Source of the DNA: Syntrophales bacterium
GTDB lineage: Bacteria > Desulfobacterota > Syntrophia > Syntrophales > UBA6807
Length of the DNA stretch: 64,000 nt
Direction of reading: 5' to 3'
NCBI GenBank assembly: GCA_040767195.1
Contig: JAXGPA010000001.1
Coordinates: 928,419-992,418, forward strand
The notes under the pieces were generated by a model. It saw only the letters and a program-made list of their open reading frames with translations. It made no database searches and was not told where the DNA came from. Shown piece by piece: positions 38,761 through 48,859 of the stretch (the first letter of the stretch is position 1; each line of letters starts with the position of its first letter). Both the position numbers and the translations under genes were made by a program.

Positions 38761-39771
38761 TTAAAGTCCTTTCAGCGCCAGGAGATGGGCCAGGTCGGCC
38801 ACCCGGCAGGAATATCCCCATTCATTGTCATACCAGGCGGTGACCTTGGCCATGTCACTTCGAAGAACCGTTGTGAATTCCAGATCGACGATGGAGGAGA
38901 AGGGGTTTCCCCTGAAGTCCGATGAAACGAGGGGCCGTTCCTCGCAGGCCATGACCTCCCTGAGCCGCCCTTGCGAGGCCTTTCTCAGCACGTCCCGCAA
39001 TTCTTCCGTCGATGTTTTCTTTTTGAGCTGCGCCGTGAAATCGACGATGGAGACCGTCGGCGTGGGGACCCTCAGCGAATACCCGTCAAAGCGGCCTTCC
39101 AGTTCGGGAATCACCAGGGCGAGGGCCCTGGCGGCGCCCGTTGTCGTGGGAATGATGTTCTGGCCCGCCGCACGGGCCCGTCTCAGGTCCTTGTGCGGCA
39201 GGTCGAGAATCCTCTGATCGTTCGTGTAGGAATGGACGGTGGTCATCATGGCCTTTTCGATGCCCAGGGCTTCGTGAACGGCCAGCGCCGGAGGGGCCAG
39301 GCAGTTGGTGGTGCACGACGCGTTGGAAAGGATGTGGTGCTTTTCCGGGTCGTACCGGTCGTCGTTGACGCCCATGACCACCGTCAGGTCCACCCGTTCC
39401 GCCGGGGCGGTGATGATGATTTTCCTGGCGCCTCCTTCGAGATGTATCCCCGCCTTGTCACCGCTTCGGAAAATTCCCGTGCTTTCGATGACGATGTCCA
39501 CGCCCTCGTCCTTCCAGGGGATCAGGGCCGGGTCTCGATAGGCGAAATTTCTAATGTTCCTTCCGTTGACGCGAAAGCCGTCCTTTTCCGCGGCGACGCT
39601 GCCCTCGTAGATGCCGTAGCTCGTGTCAAACTTGAGAAGATGGGCATTCGTTTCCACGTCGAAAAGGTCGTTCACCGCCGCCACCGTGAGGGTTTCCGGA
39701 TACCGTTCCAGGACGGCCTTGAACACCTGCCGTCCGATGCGGCCGAAGCCGTTGATCCCGATCCGCGCCAT
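38761..39771 (-). CDS. gap: Type I glyceraldehyde-3-phosphate dehydrogenase
   Basis: 336 aa. INGFGRIGR and the active site SNASCTTNCLAP. Confidence 0.95.
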   Translation of the reverse strand: MARIGINGFGRIGRQVFKAVLERYPETLTVAAVNDLFDVETNAHLLKFDTSYGIYEGSVAAEKDGFRVNGRNIRNFAYRDPALIPWKDEGVDIVIESTGIFRSGDKAGIHLEGGARKIIITAPAERVDLTVVMGVNDDRYDPEKHHILSNASCTTNCLAPPALAVHEALGIEKAMMTTVHSYTNDQRILDLPHKDLRRARAAGQNIIPTTTGAARALALVIPELEGRFDGYSLRVPTPTVSIVDFTAQLKKKTSTEELRDVLRKASQGRLREVMACEERPLVSSDFRGNPFSSIVDLEFTTVLRSDMAKVTAWYDNEWGYSCRVADLAHLLALKGL

Positions 39772-39781
39772 GGGGGCCTCC

Positions 39782-40360
39782 TCAATTGTCGTCGATACGG
39801 TTCTTGTGGTCGGCCATGAGGTCGCAGCGGCGCTTCAGGGCCTCGTGAAGCCGGGCGTTTTCGATGGCGATGGCGCTGAGCGAACTCACCGCTTCGAGAA
39901 AACGGATATCCGAATCGGGGAACTTTCGCACTTCGCCGGCATATACCCGAAGAACCCCCACCGCCTTTCCCTCGACGAGGAGGGGGAGGGCCAGCACGGA
40001 AAGGATCCCCTCTTTTTCCGCCCGCGCCGGGTACTGAAATCCGCTATCCTTGCGGACATCCGGGATCCAGGCGGTCTTTCCCGAAAGGACGTCCCGGTCG
40101 ATGCCGCTTTCCTCGAGCAGAACGGGTCCCTTCCGGAGATATTCCGCTGAAAGCCCCGCGCTGGTGACAAGGTCGAGGGATTCGCCCCTCGCGGACAGGA
40201 GACGGATGCTGCAGGCCTTCACACCGACCGTTTCAATGACCGCCTCGACGATTCTCTCGAGAACGCGGCCGGAGTCGAGGGAGGCGTTCACGGTCCTCGC
40301 GACACTGTAAAGGGCGGTGAAGTAATCCCGGCCCTGCGACGTGTTTTCATTTTTTGCCAT
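39782..40360 (-). CDS. Stand-alone GAF-domain protein
   Basis: 192 aa from ATG 40360 (GAGGAGG upstream). The GAF-like pattern runs LERIVEAVIETVGVKACSIRLL...LALPLLVEGKAVGVLRVY. No output domain. Confidence 0.78.
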   Translation of the reverse strand: MAKNENTSQGRDYFTALYSVARTVNASLDSGRVLERIVEAVIETVGVKACSIRLLSARGESLDLVTSAGLSAEYLRKGPVLLEESGIDRDVLSGKTAWIPDVRKDSGFQYPARAEKEGILSVLALPLLVEGKAVGVLRVYAGEVRKFPDSDIRFLEAVSSLSAIAIENARLHEALKRRCDLMADHKNRIDDN

Positions 40361-40457
40361 GAAGATCTCCTCCTCTTCACATTTCCTGTAAAATTGGAAT
40401 CGGGTTGCTGTTAAAAAAACCTGCCCGCCGCCCCTGTTCGACAACGCAAGGCTGTCG

Positions 40458-40823
40458 TCAGGCCTCGTCTTTCTTCTGTTCCTTTTTGTCCTCTTCAATG
40501 ACCAGGACTCTCTCCACACGCTGGGGTTCGGGGTACCGCTTCGATTTTCGAATCAGTGTCCAGGAACGGAGATCGTCGGAAAAGTTCCAGTTGTTCAGGG
40601 CGAAATGGATACGTTTAAATCCCGGAAGATGGTTCAGTTCAAGGACGAGGTTCTTGATGTTGTCCGACGTGAATTCCTCACCGGACGTTTTTTTGAGATC
40701 ACCGTAAAGATTCAGGGTGTTCCGGGAGGATGAGAAAAAAAGAAGCGATAGATCGACGAGATTCCGCACCAGGGTCCGCCGCACGGCCTGGTTTTTCTCA
40801 TATCGTGTGAACTCACGTTCCAT
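40458..40823 (-). CDS. Hypothetical protein
   Basis: 121-aa ORF with a Lys/Glu-rich tail and lower GC than its neighbours. I recognised no family. Confidence 0.4.
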   Translation of the reverse strand: MEREFTRYEKNQAVRRTLVRNLVDLSLLFFSSSRNTLNLYGDLKKTSGEEFTSDNIKNLVLELNHLPGFKRIHFALNNWNFSDDLRSWTLIRKSKRYPEPQRVERVLVIEEDKKEQKKDEA

Positions 40824-41060
40824 GGAAACAACGGGCTCGAAAGAAAGTTTTAAATTAATTTTAATGATACCTTACGGTGACTGAAAGGCAAGTCCTTTTT
40901 GCAGACCCCTTTTACGGGTTTCTTATCCTCCCGTAAAACAGCCGTCCCGTCCCGGTGTCCTTCCCCGGGGTGCCAACCGCCGGCCGGTCATATTGCGAAA
41001 AAGTTGGCACCGCCACAGGAAGGGCTTTCAAGTTAAGCAATATATACAGCGAGATAGATC

Positions 41061-41077
41061 TTGGCACGGGTTTTGCT
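41061..41077 (+). promoter_or_regulatory. Sigma54 (RpoN) -24/-12 promoter
   Basis: TTGGCACGGGTTTTGCT is TGGCAC (41062-41067), 5 nt, then TTGC (41073-41076). This is a full match to TGGCAC-N5-TTGC, 26 nt upstream of ATG 41103. Confidence 0.75.
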
Positions 41078-41102
41078 CAATGGCTGTACCGGAGGTGACG
41101 CC

Positions 41103-42848
41103 ATGAAAATAACCGTACCGCCTTTCCTGACGGAGACCCGTTATTTCGCCTTTCTGACCGCTGCGACCCTTGCCGTCTCCATCCTGTGGGCGATTTCCCC
41201 GCCTGTCAGTCAAGCCGAGAGCGGCGGCGTGTGGCGCCCGGCCGGCGCCATGGAGGACGGCCGTTACAACCACACGGCGACGCTGCTGCCTGATGGTTCG
41301 GTTCTCGTAGCGGGGGGACAGCAGGACAGCGAGGACTTTCCGGCCTGCCTGAGCAGCTGCGAGCTTTATGATCCCGCCTCGGCATCGTGGCGCAGGGCCG
41401 CCGACCTGGCGTCCGTCCGGTCAAGCCACACGGCCACGCTCCTCGAAGGCGGCCGCGTTCTTGTGGCCGGCGGGCAGGACCGGAGACGGGAACTTGCCAC
41501 GGTAGAACTCTATGACCCCGGGTCCGGGTGCTGGAGCTCGGCTGAACCGATGACGCAAAGGCGGATGGGTCACACGGCGACACGCCTCGATGACGGCCGG
41601 GTTCTTGTCGCGGGAGGCGTCGACGCGCAGTGGGATACCCTGACGGTTTCGGAAATATACGACCCGGCCGCGGGGACGTGGACGTCGGCCGGGGAAATGA
41701 CCCACCCCCGGGGCTGGCACCGGGCGACCCGCCTGCCTGATGGCCGGGTCTTCGTCTTTGGCGGCTGGGCGGGCCGGGGCCCACAGGAAACCGCTGAAAT
41801 CTTCGATCCCGTAACGTCCACGTGGCACGGGGCGGCCTCCCTGGAGGGAATCCCTCTGTATTTTTCTACCCAGACCCTCCTGCCCGGCGACGGCGGCACG
41901 ATTCTGGTGGCTGGGGGATACGGGAGCGGAAAGACCTGGAAAGCCCTTCATCTTTTCGATCCCGACACCAACGCCTGGTTTCCCCGTACAGCGGAAATGT
42001 TCGAGGAGCGGAATTCCCACACGGCGACTCTCCTGTCAGACGGGAGGGTGCTTCTGGCAGGGGGCTGGTGTCTGGACGGCTTCCGCCACGGGGAATTGTT
42101 CGATCCTGCCAGGGCGGCCTGTACACGGACCGGTTCCATGGCTTTTCCGTCGGCCCACCACACGGCCACCCTCCTGCCGGATGGCACCGTCCTGGTGGCG
42201 GGGGGCCGGACGGCCGACGACGCCCTGAACCGGGCGGAAATTTATGAGCCGTCCCTTCGTCCCGTTCCCGTTCTTATGAAAATCCATCCGCCATCGGCCC
42301 CCACGGGGACCCCGGGCCTCGCCCTGTCCGTTTTCGGCTCCGGTTTCACGGCGGACTCGCGCGTTCGGTGGGCAGGGGAGATCCGGGACACGGCATTCGT
42401 CAGTTCCGAGCGCTTGAAAGCTTTCCTGCCGGCGGCGGATTTCGTCGAGACAGGGGTAAACGAGATCACCATCTGGACACCGCCCCCCGGCGGCGGCATG
42501 TCAGGCGGGGTTCTTTTTAAAGTCGAAAAAACGACAGGGACGGCGCCGGAGATAAGGGCACTGCTGCCGTCTTCGGTCACCGCCGGGGGGGCCGGTTTTG
42601 TCCTGCGGGTATTGGGCGGCCGTTTTACGAAAACCTCGGGTATCCTGTGGAACGGCCGGAAAATCCGGACACGCGTTTACAGTTCCCGGAGCCTGGCGGC
42701 GTTTATTTCTTCCCGGGAAACCGCCGTGCCGGGGACGGCGACGGTTCAAGTTTTCGATGAAAGGTTTCCCCAGGCGCGGTCAGGTGTTTTCCTTTTCTCC
42801 ATTATCCGTCCCAAGCGAGAGCCGGCGCCCCTCGAAATGGCCCCGTAA
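41103..42848 (+). CDS. Secreted Kelch-repeat (7-bladed beta-propeller) protein with two C-terminal IPT/TIG domains
   Basis: Signal peptide ending SQA-ES. Seven repeats of the type HTATLLPDGRVLVAGG...ELYDP, then two Ig-like segments (ALSVFGSGFTADSRVRW and VLRVLGGRFTKTSGILW). ATG 41103 follows GGAGGTG. Confidence 0.85.
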   Translation: MKITVPPFLTETRYFAFLTAATLAVSILWAISPPVSQAESGGVWRPAGAMEDGRYNHTATLLPDGSVLVAGGQQDSEDFPACLSSCELYDPASASWRRAADLASVRSSHTATLLEGGRVLVAGGQDRRRELATVELYDPGSGCWSSAEPMTQRRMGHTATRLDDGRVLVAGGVDAQWDTLTVSEIYDPAAGTWTSAGEMTHPRGWHRATRLPDGRVFVFGGWAGRGPQETAEIFDPVTSTWHGAASLEGIPLYFSTQTLLPGDGGTILVAGGYGSGKTWKALHLFDPDTNAWFPRTAEMFEERNSHTATLLSDGRVLLAGGWCLDGFRHGELFDPARAACTRTGSMAFPSAHHTATLLPDGTVLVAGGRTADDALNRAEIYEPSLRPVPVLMKIHPPSAPTGTPGLALSVFGSGFTADSRVRWAGEIRDTAFVSSERLKAFLPAADFVETGVNEITIWTPPPGGGMSGGVLFKVEKTTGTAPEIRALLPSSVTAGGAGFVLRVLGGRFTKTSGILWNGRKIRTRVYSSRSLAAFISSRETAVPGTATVQVFDERFPQARSGVFLFSIIRPKREPAPLEMAP

Positions 42849-42940
42849 GGCATCGGGATGTTTCCGTATTGGTGCGCGTGGAAAGATATGGCCGGAAAGC
42901 CGGAAAAAAACCTGGACGGCGATTTTTTAACGATCCGAAA

Positions 42941-43900
42941 TCACGCGCCTCGGGCTTTTCGGATCTCCTCGATCAGGTCCGGAACGACCCGGTACAGGTC
43001 ACCGACGATCCCCAGATCGGCCACCTGGAAAATGGGCGCGTTCTCGTCCTTGTTCACGGCAGCGATGAGCCCGGCGTCCCGGATTCCCGTGATGTGCTGA
43101 ATCTGGCCGGAGATGCCCAGTCCGATGTAGAGCTGCGGTTTGACCGATATGCCGGAGAGCCCGATGCACAGTTCGTCGGGAAGCCAGTGGTATTCTTCCG
43201 AAAGGGGGCGTGTGCAGGCGATCTCCCCTCCCAGGGCCTCCGCGAGAGACCGGGCAATTTCGAGATCTTCCTGTTTCGCGAAGCCTCTCCCGGCGGCGAC
43301 GATGATTCGGGCGTCACGAATGTCCCGGGCCGAACGCTCCCGCTTTTTTCGTTCCACGATCCTGACCCGGGAAGGCGGCGGCTCGGGTAGGTGCCGGAAG
43401 GCGCCTTCCCCGGTCTCTTTTGCCGGCGCCGGCCCGTAGGTTCGGGGAGGGATGGTGGCCATGGCGGGCCGGGCCGTAAAAGCGATTTTCTGCACAGCCG
43501 CCCCCCCGTAGGCCAGGCGCTCACATTCGAATGCCTCCGATTCGGGGTTCCATGAAACGGCCGTACAGTCACTGCAAAGGCCCGTGTTCAGGCAGGACGC
43601 GATCCGGGCAGCCATCTCCCGGCCCCGCGTGGTGGCGGGAAACAGGACAAGATCCGGCGAAAGGCGGGCCGCCTCGCCGGCGATGACCGGCACATAACCC
43701 TCCAGGGGCTGATCCCCCGCTATTTCCGGCAGGATCATGATTTCGTCGGCTCCACGAGACAGGTACTCTTTGCCGAGGGATTCATCCCCCCGCAGGATTA
43801 CGGAAACGGTTTGTCCCGAGGCTTCTGCCAGGGAGGTCCCGGCAGTGAGGAGTTCCAGGGTTCGTTCACGGGTTTCGCCGAATATCCAGATTCCTGCCAT
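42941..43900 (-). CDS. etfA: Electron transfer flavoprotein alpha subunit (FixB-type)
   Basis: 319 aa from ATG 43900 (AAGGAGG upstream). C-terminal FAD motif PQLYIGLGISGQIQH. Confidence 0.9.
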   Translation of the reverse strand: MAGIWIFGETRERTLELLTAGTSLAEASGQTVSVILRGDESLGKEYLSRGADEIMILPEIAGDQPLEGYVPVIAGEAARLSPDLVLFPATTRGREMAARIASCLNTGLCSDCTAVSWNPESEAFECERLAYGGAAVQKIAFTARPAMATIPPRTYGPAPAKETGEGAFRHLPEPPPSRVRIVERKKRERSARDIRDARIIVAAGRGFAKQEDLEIARSLAEALGGEIACTRPLSEEYHWLPDELCIGLSGISVKPQLYIGLGISGQIQHITGIRDAGLIAAVNKDENAPIFQVADLGIVGDLYRVVPDLIEEIRKARGA

Positions 43901-43910
43901 GATTTCCTCC

Positions 43911-44675
43911 TTATTCCAGAACGCCTTTCCGGACAAGCGCGTCGACGAACGCGGCCACATCGTCCCTCTCCGCCGTGAAGCGGACACCCTGTCTTTTCAG
44001 GCTTGCCGTTTTCATGGAAAGGGTTTTCATGGTGTCTCCAGGAAGGGACGGAAGGTCGTCCATGCCGATCACGGTCGTTTCTTTTTTGGAGGCCATGAGC
44101 GTGTCCCTGACGCCGGGGATCCGGGGCGTGTTGATGTCCGGGAGAACGGTCACCAGGGCCGGCAGGACTGTCTCGGCCACGTCCACTCCCTCTTCCGTCC
44201 GCCGTTCCGCCACCAGTCGGTTTCCTTCGATGGAAATTTTCTGGACCCCTGTAAGGCAGGGAATGCCAAGTATTTCCGCGAGGCGTGGACCCACCTGTCT
44301 CGCGTAGAGGTCACTCGATCCCTCTCCGCAAAGGATGAGGTCGAAAGGAATCCGGTCTCGGATAACCTCAGCCATGATGGCCGCCGTTTGAGACGGTTCC
44401 AGGTCACGGAACGCCGGGTCCCGGATGAAAAAGGCCTTGTCCGGCCCCCGGGAGAGGGCATCCTTTATCCCCTTGCCCGCTTCCGGAACGCCTACCGTGA
44501 CGGCGGTCACAACGCCCCCGGACCTTTCCCTGACGGCGACGGCTTCCTCCAGGGCATTTTTATCATAGTCGCTGATTTTGTAATCGACGGACGAAAGATC
44601 GAGGTCACCGGACGCTCCCGACCGGACATAGGCTTCATCGACAACCCACTTGAAACAGGCGATCATGTTCGGCAT
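43911..44675 (-). CDS. etfB: Electron transfer flavoprotein beta subunit (FixA-type)
   Basis: 254 aa. MIACFKWVVD..., LILCGEGSSD, and the Etf beta pattern. Confidence 0.9.
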   Translation of the reverse strand: MPNMIACFKWVVDEAYVRSGASGDLDLSSVDYKISDYDKNALEEAVAVRERSGGVVTAVTVGVPEAGKGIKDALSRGPDKAFFIRDPAFRDLEPSQTAAIMAEVIRDRIPFDLILCGEGSSDLYARQVGPRLAEILGIPCLTGVQKISIEGNRLVAERRTEEGVDVAETVLPALVTVLPDINTPRIPGVRDTLMASKKETTVIGMDDLPSLPGDTMKTLSMKTASLKRQGVRFTAERDDVAAFVDALVRKGVLE

Positions 44676-44772
44676 GGGACACCTCGCTGAAATAAGGGAT
44701 CAGAGTGTAAACGAACGGTCAGGCCCGGCGGTTCACGCGGTGAAACCGGGCCTGACCGTAAGATTCCGGCGC

Positions 44773-45912
<1,140 letters not shown>

Positions 45913-45949
45913 GTTCACCCTCCTTAGGCATATGACATTTAGACCGCTT

Positions 45950-46234
45950 TTAACCGAACCGGAACTGAACGCCCGTTCCTCCCTCGGGGTAATTCCATTC
46001 AAGAACCTCCGTCCCGCAGGCGATGCGGCAGGTTCCGCATTCCAGGCAGCCGTCGATGGTCAGCGTGACGGCTCCCTCCTCGTTTTGGGCATACAGGCCG
46101 GCGGGACAGACGATCACCGCTTTTTTCAAGCGGGGATCCTTTTCCATCCCGGCCCGTATCCGGATGTGGGGTTCCCCGCCGGGCTTGAAGACATCAAGTC
46201 CCAGCTTGGCTTTCAGTTTTCCTTCGTCGCTCAT
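45950..46234 (-). CDS. fixX: FixX-type ferredoxin-like protein
   Basis: 94 aa. CPAGLY...CLECGTCRIAC and the C-terminal W-x-YP-x-GG pattern of FixX. Confidence 0.85.
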   Translation of the reverse strand: MSDEGKLKAKLGLDVFKPGGEPHIRIRAGMEKDPRLKKAVIVCPAGLYAQNEEGAVTLTIDGCLECGTCRIACGTEVLEWNYPEGGTGVQFRFG

Positions 46235-46296
46235 GCTTGACCCGTGTTCAAATGGTCTGAAAAGGGTAACTGTTTCGATGTCTTTTTACGGAGGTG

Positions 46297-47583
46297 TCAT
46301 AATTTCGTCAACGACTTCAAATCTTTCGCTAGCTGCCACCAGTCCGAAAAAGGTAGGTGCCTTTTCAGCGTGCGGAAAAGTTTCTCTTTCGGGCCGGCGG
46401 GCACACCGTAGAGGTCCCGGAAAAGGGCCCCCGCCCACTCCGGATAGTAACCAAAAAACCTCTTGTTTTCAAGAATTTCGGGGGCATGTTTGAAATTTTC
46501 GAAATCTTTCAGGACGAAGCTCTCTTCCAGAAGACGCCGGTAGAGGGCGAGATGCTCGGCCGAAAAAGACCCCGCCTCCCGGGCCTTCAGGATGGTCCGG
46601 GCGGCCAGGGCCCCCGAGGCCATGGCGTATTCCATTCCCCGAACGGTGAGGCCCAGGTTCAGCGCCAGGCCGGCGGCGTCGCCGGCGATGAGAATCCCGT
46701 CCCCGTAAAAGGGGCCCAGCCCGCCGTACCCCCTCTCGGCGATGACGTGGGCCGAGTATTCCATTGTTTCGCCACCCCGGAAAAGACGTGCCACTTCAGG
46801 CCTCTTCTTGAAGTCGTCGAGAAAATCGGGCGCTTCCACCGGTGGGCCTTCTTTCATGAGGTCCCGGATGCCAAGGACGACGCCCAGGCTCAGGCTTTCC
46901 CGGTTCGTGTAAACGAACCCGCCGCCGAAGCGGCCTTTCGTCGCCTCTCCGACAAACAGGTGAGCCGCGCCTTCCCCCGGGTCGAGATTGAAGCGGTCTT
47001 CGATCTTCTCGGGGAGCAGGGCGATGACTTCCTTGAGTCCCACCGCATACCCGCCGGCCTGCCCGGGCGTCCTGAGCCCCGCCTTTTCCGGGATCAGGGA
47101 AAGAACACCGTCACAGGCGACGACGACATCCGCCCGAAGGGGGTCTCCTCCGGCGACGACGCCCGTGACGGCGCCGTTTTCCCGCAAAACGTCGGAGACC
47201 AGGGTTTTGGTCAAGAGCATGGCTCCGGCGGCCTCGACCTGTTCCGCCAGCCAGCGGTCGAACCTCGAACGGAGAATGGTGAAGCTTGACGGGGGTTTTT
47301 CGATGAGTTCACGACCCTCGTAGGTAGACGTCAGGGAGCGCTCCCGGGCAAGAAGGGTGGTTCCTTCTCGGACAACAGGGCGCTCGAGGGGGGCTTTTTC
47401 AAACAAGTCCGGGAAGATATCCCGGATCGGATTGAGATAGATGCGGCCGCCGGTAACGTTTTTGGCGCCGGCGTAATCCCCCCTCTCCAGGACAAGAACC
47501 TCCACGCCGCCGCGGGCGAGCAGATACGCGCAGGACAGGCCGGCGAGCCCGCCGCCGACAACGATGACTTCAAACTTTTCCAC
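46297..47583 (-). CDS. fixC: FixC-type electron-transfer-flavoprotein:quinone oxidoreductase (FAD-dependent)
   Basis: 428 aa. VVGGGLAGLSCAYLLA Rossmann motif. GTG start after GGGAGGG. Confidence 0.9.
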   Translation of the reverse strand: MEKFEVIVVGGGLAGLSCAYLLARGGVEVLVLERGDYAGAKNVTGGRIYLNPIRDIFPDLFEKAPLERPVVREGTTLLARERSLTSTYEGRELIEKPPSSFTILRSRFDRWLAEQVEAAGAMLLTKTLVSDVLRENGAVTGVVAGGDPLRADVVVACDGVLSLIPEKAGLRTPGQAGGYAVGLKEVIALLPEKIEDRFNLDPGEGAAHLFVGEATKGRFGGGFVYTNRESLSLGVVLGIRDLMKEGPPVEAPDFLDDFKKRPEVARLFRGGETMEYSAHVIAERGYGGLGPFYGDGILIAGDAAGLALNLGLTVRGMEYAMASGALAARTILKAREAGSFSAEHLALYRRLLEESFVLKDFENFKHAPEILENKRFFGYYPEWAGALFRDLYGVPAGPKEKLFRTLKRHLPFSDWWQLAKDLKSLTKL

Positions 47584-48051
47584 GGTGATTCCCTCCCCTC
47601 TCCCCGTGGCTTGATTGCGGGCACTTTGCGATACCTTCCCCCAGGAAAGGGGGTTCTGTCAAGGAAAAACCATGCCCGGGCATGACCGGAAGGCCGTCCG
47701 GCGGGGCTGGCGTCACGCCAGCTTTGAGCACTGTCATCGGAACCGGATCGTGACCCCCGTAATCGATTCGGAGAGCCTTCGAGGCAGAAAAAAACAGCAT
47801 GGCATTCAACCGGAAATATTGTTATACTGACTTCAAAGATGCTTGAGGCTGCTGATGAAACGATGCCCTGCCTCTTTTTCACGTCACCCGCTCAGGAATT
47901 ATCACGGACCGATATGACGAACTGATATCTGGTCTCCATCCCGTTTTTCTACGGCTTTTCTCCGCGAGGTCTTTTCCTTTACGTGGCCCATGAACGCCCG
48001 CTCGTCTCTGCCGGGCAGGCATTCTTGAAGGGAGAGGAGGACGATGATCCC

Positions 48052-48774
48052 ATGAAGAAGATAACGAACGCCGTGGGCATGCTCTTTGTCCTGATACCTT
48101 CGGGGATCTTCGTCATGGGGAGCCCGCGAGGCGAAAAAAAAAGGTATGACGACGAAACGCAGCACCGGGTGACTCTCACAGAGCCTTTTTACATGCAGGT
48201 AACGGTCGTCACCCAGGGACAGTGGAAAGCCGTCATGGGGAACAATCCTTCCTTCTATGACGGCTGTGGTGACCGTTTCCCGGTGGAACAGGTTTCCTGG
48301 GATGACTGCCAGGCTTTCATAGAGGTGCTGAACCAGCGGGAGGGCGCGTCGAAATACCGCCTTCCCACGGAGGCGGAGTGGGAGTACGCCTGCCGGGCGG
48401 GAACAGGGACGCCGTTCAATACGGGGAAGTGCCTTTCCACCGATCAGGCGAACTACAATGGAAATTATGCCTATCCGGGGTGTTCAAAAGGAAAATTCAG
48501 GCACATAACCACGTCTGTGGGCTCTTTTCCGCCCAATGCGTGGGGTCTTTACGACATGCACGGAAATGTCTGGGAGTGGTGTTCCGACTGGTACGGCGAA
48601 TATCCCGCCGGGCCCGCCACGGACCCCAGGGGACCGGAAAGCGGCACGATCCGCGTCCACCGGGGCGGCAGCTGGAATTACTGCGCCGAATGCTGCCGCT
48701 GTGCCTATCGTGTCAAGCGGGCGCCCGATTTCCGCATTGACTTCTGTGGCTTTCGCCTGGTCATGGCGGCATGA
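48052..48774 (+). CDS. Formylglycine-generating enzyme (SUMF1/EgtB/PvdO) family protein
   Basis: NAVGMLFVLIPSGIFVMGS, TEAEWEYACRAG, NAWGLYDMHGNVWEW, VHRGGSW. The track's longest start is 47983. Confidence 0.85.
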   Translation: MKKITNAVGMLFVLIPSGIFVMGSPRGEKKRYDDETQHRVTLTEPFYMQVTVVTQGQWKAVMGNNPSFYDGCGDRFPVEQVSWDDCQAFIEVLNQREGASKYRLPTEAEWEYACRAGTGTPFNTGKCLSTDQANYNGNYAYPGCSKGKFRHITTSVGSFPPNAWGLYDMHGNVWEWCSDWYGEYPAGPATDPRGPESGTIRVHRGGSWNYCAECCRCAYRVKRAPDFRIDFCGFRLVMAA

Positions 48775-48803
48775 TTCACCGGGACGTCCTGTCACCGTTG
48801 CAT

Positions 48804-48837
48804 AAAAAAACGGCCGCTTTGAAGCGGCCGTTTTTTT
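48804..48837. terminator. Bidirectional rho-independent terminator between convergent genes
   Basis: AAAAAAA-CGGCCGC-TTTGAA-GCGGCCG-TTTTTTT is a 7-bp GC stem flanked by A7 and T7. Confidence 0.85.
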
Positions 48838-48859
48838 ATGCCCGTGTGAGCCGGTGTTT

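Noticed and set aside
41003-41018. A second TGGCAC motif (GTTGGCACCGCCACAGG) as another sigma54 promoter
   Set aside because: No TTGC -12 element follows at the required 5-nt spacing. It is better interpreted as the right arm of the upstream inverted repeat.
41250-42240. Repetitive DNA periodicity suggestive of a tandem repeat
   Set aside because: The periodicity is at protein level: seven diverged Kelch blades within one ORF. The nucleotide copies are not near-identical, so this is not a tandem DNA repeat or CRISPR-like array.
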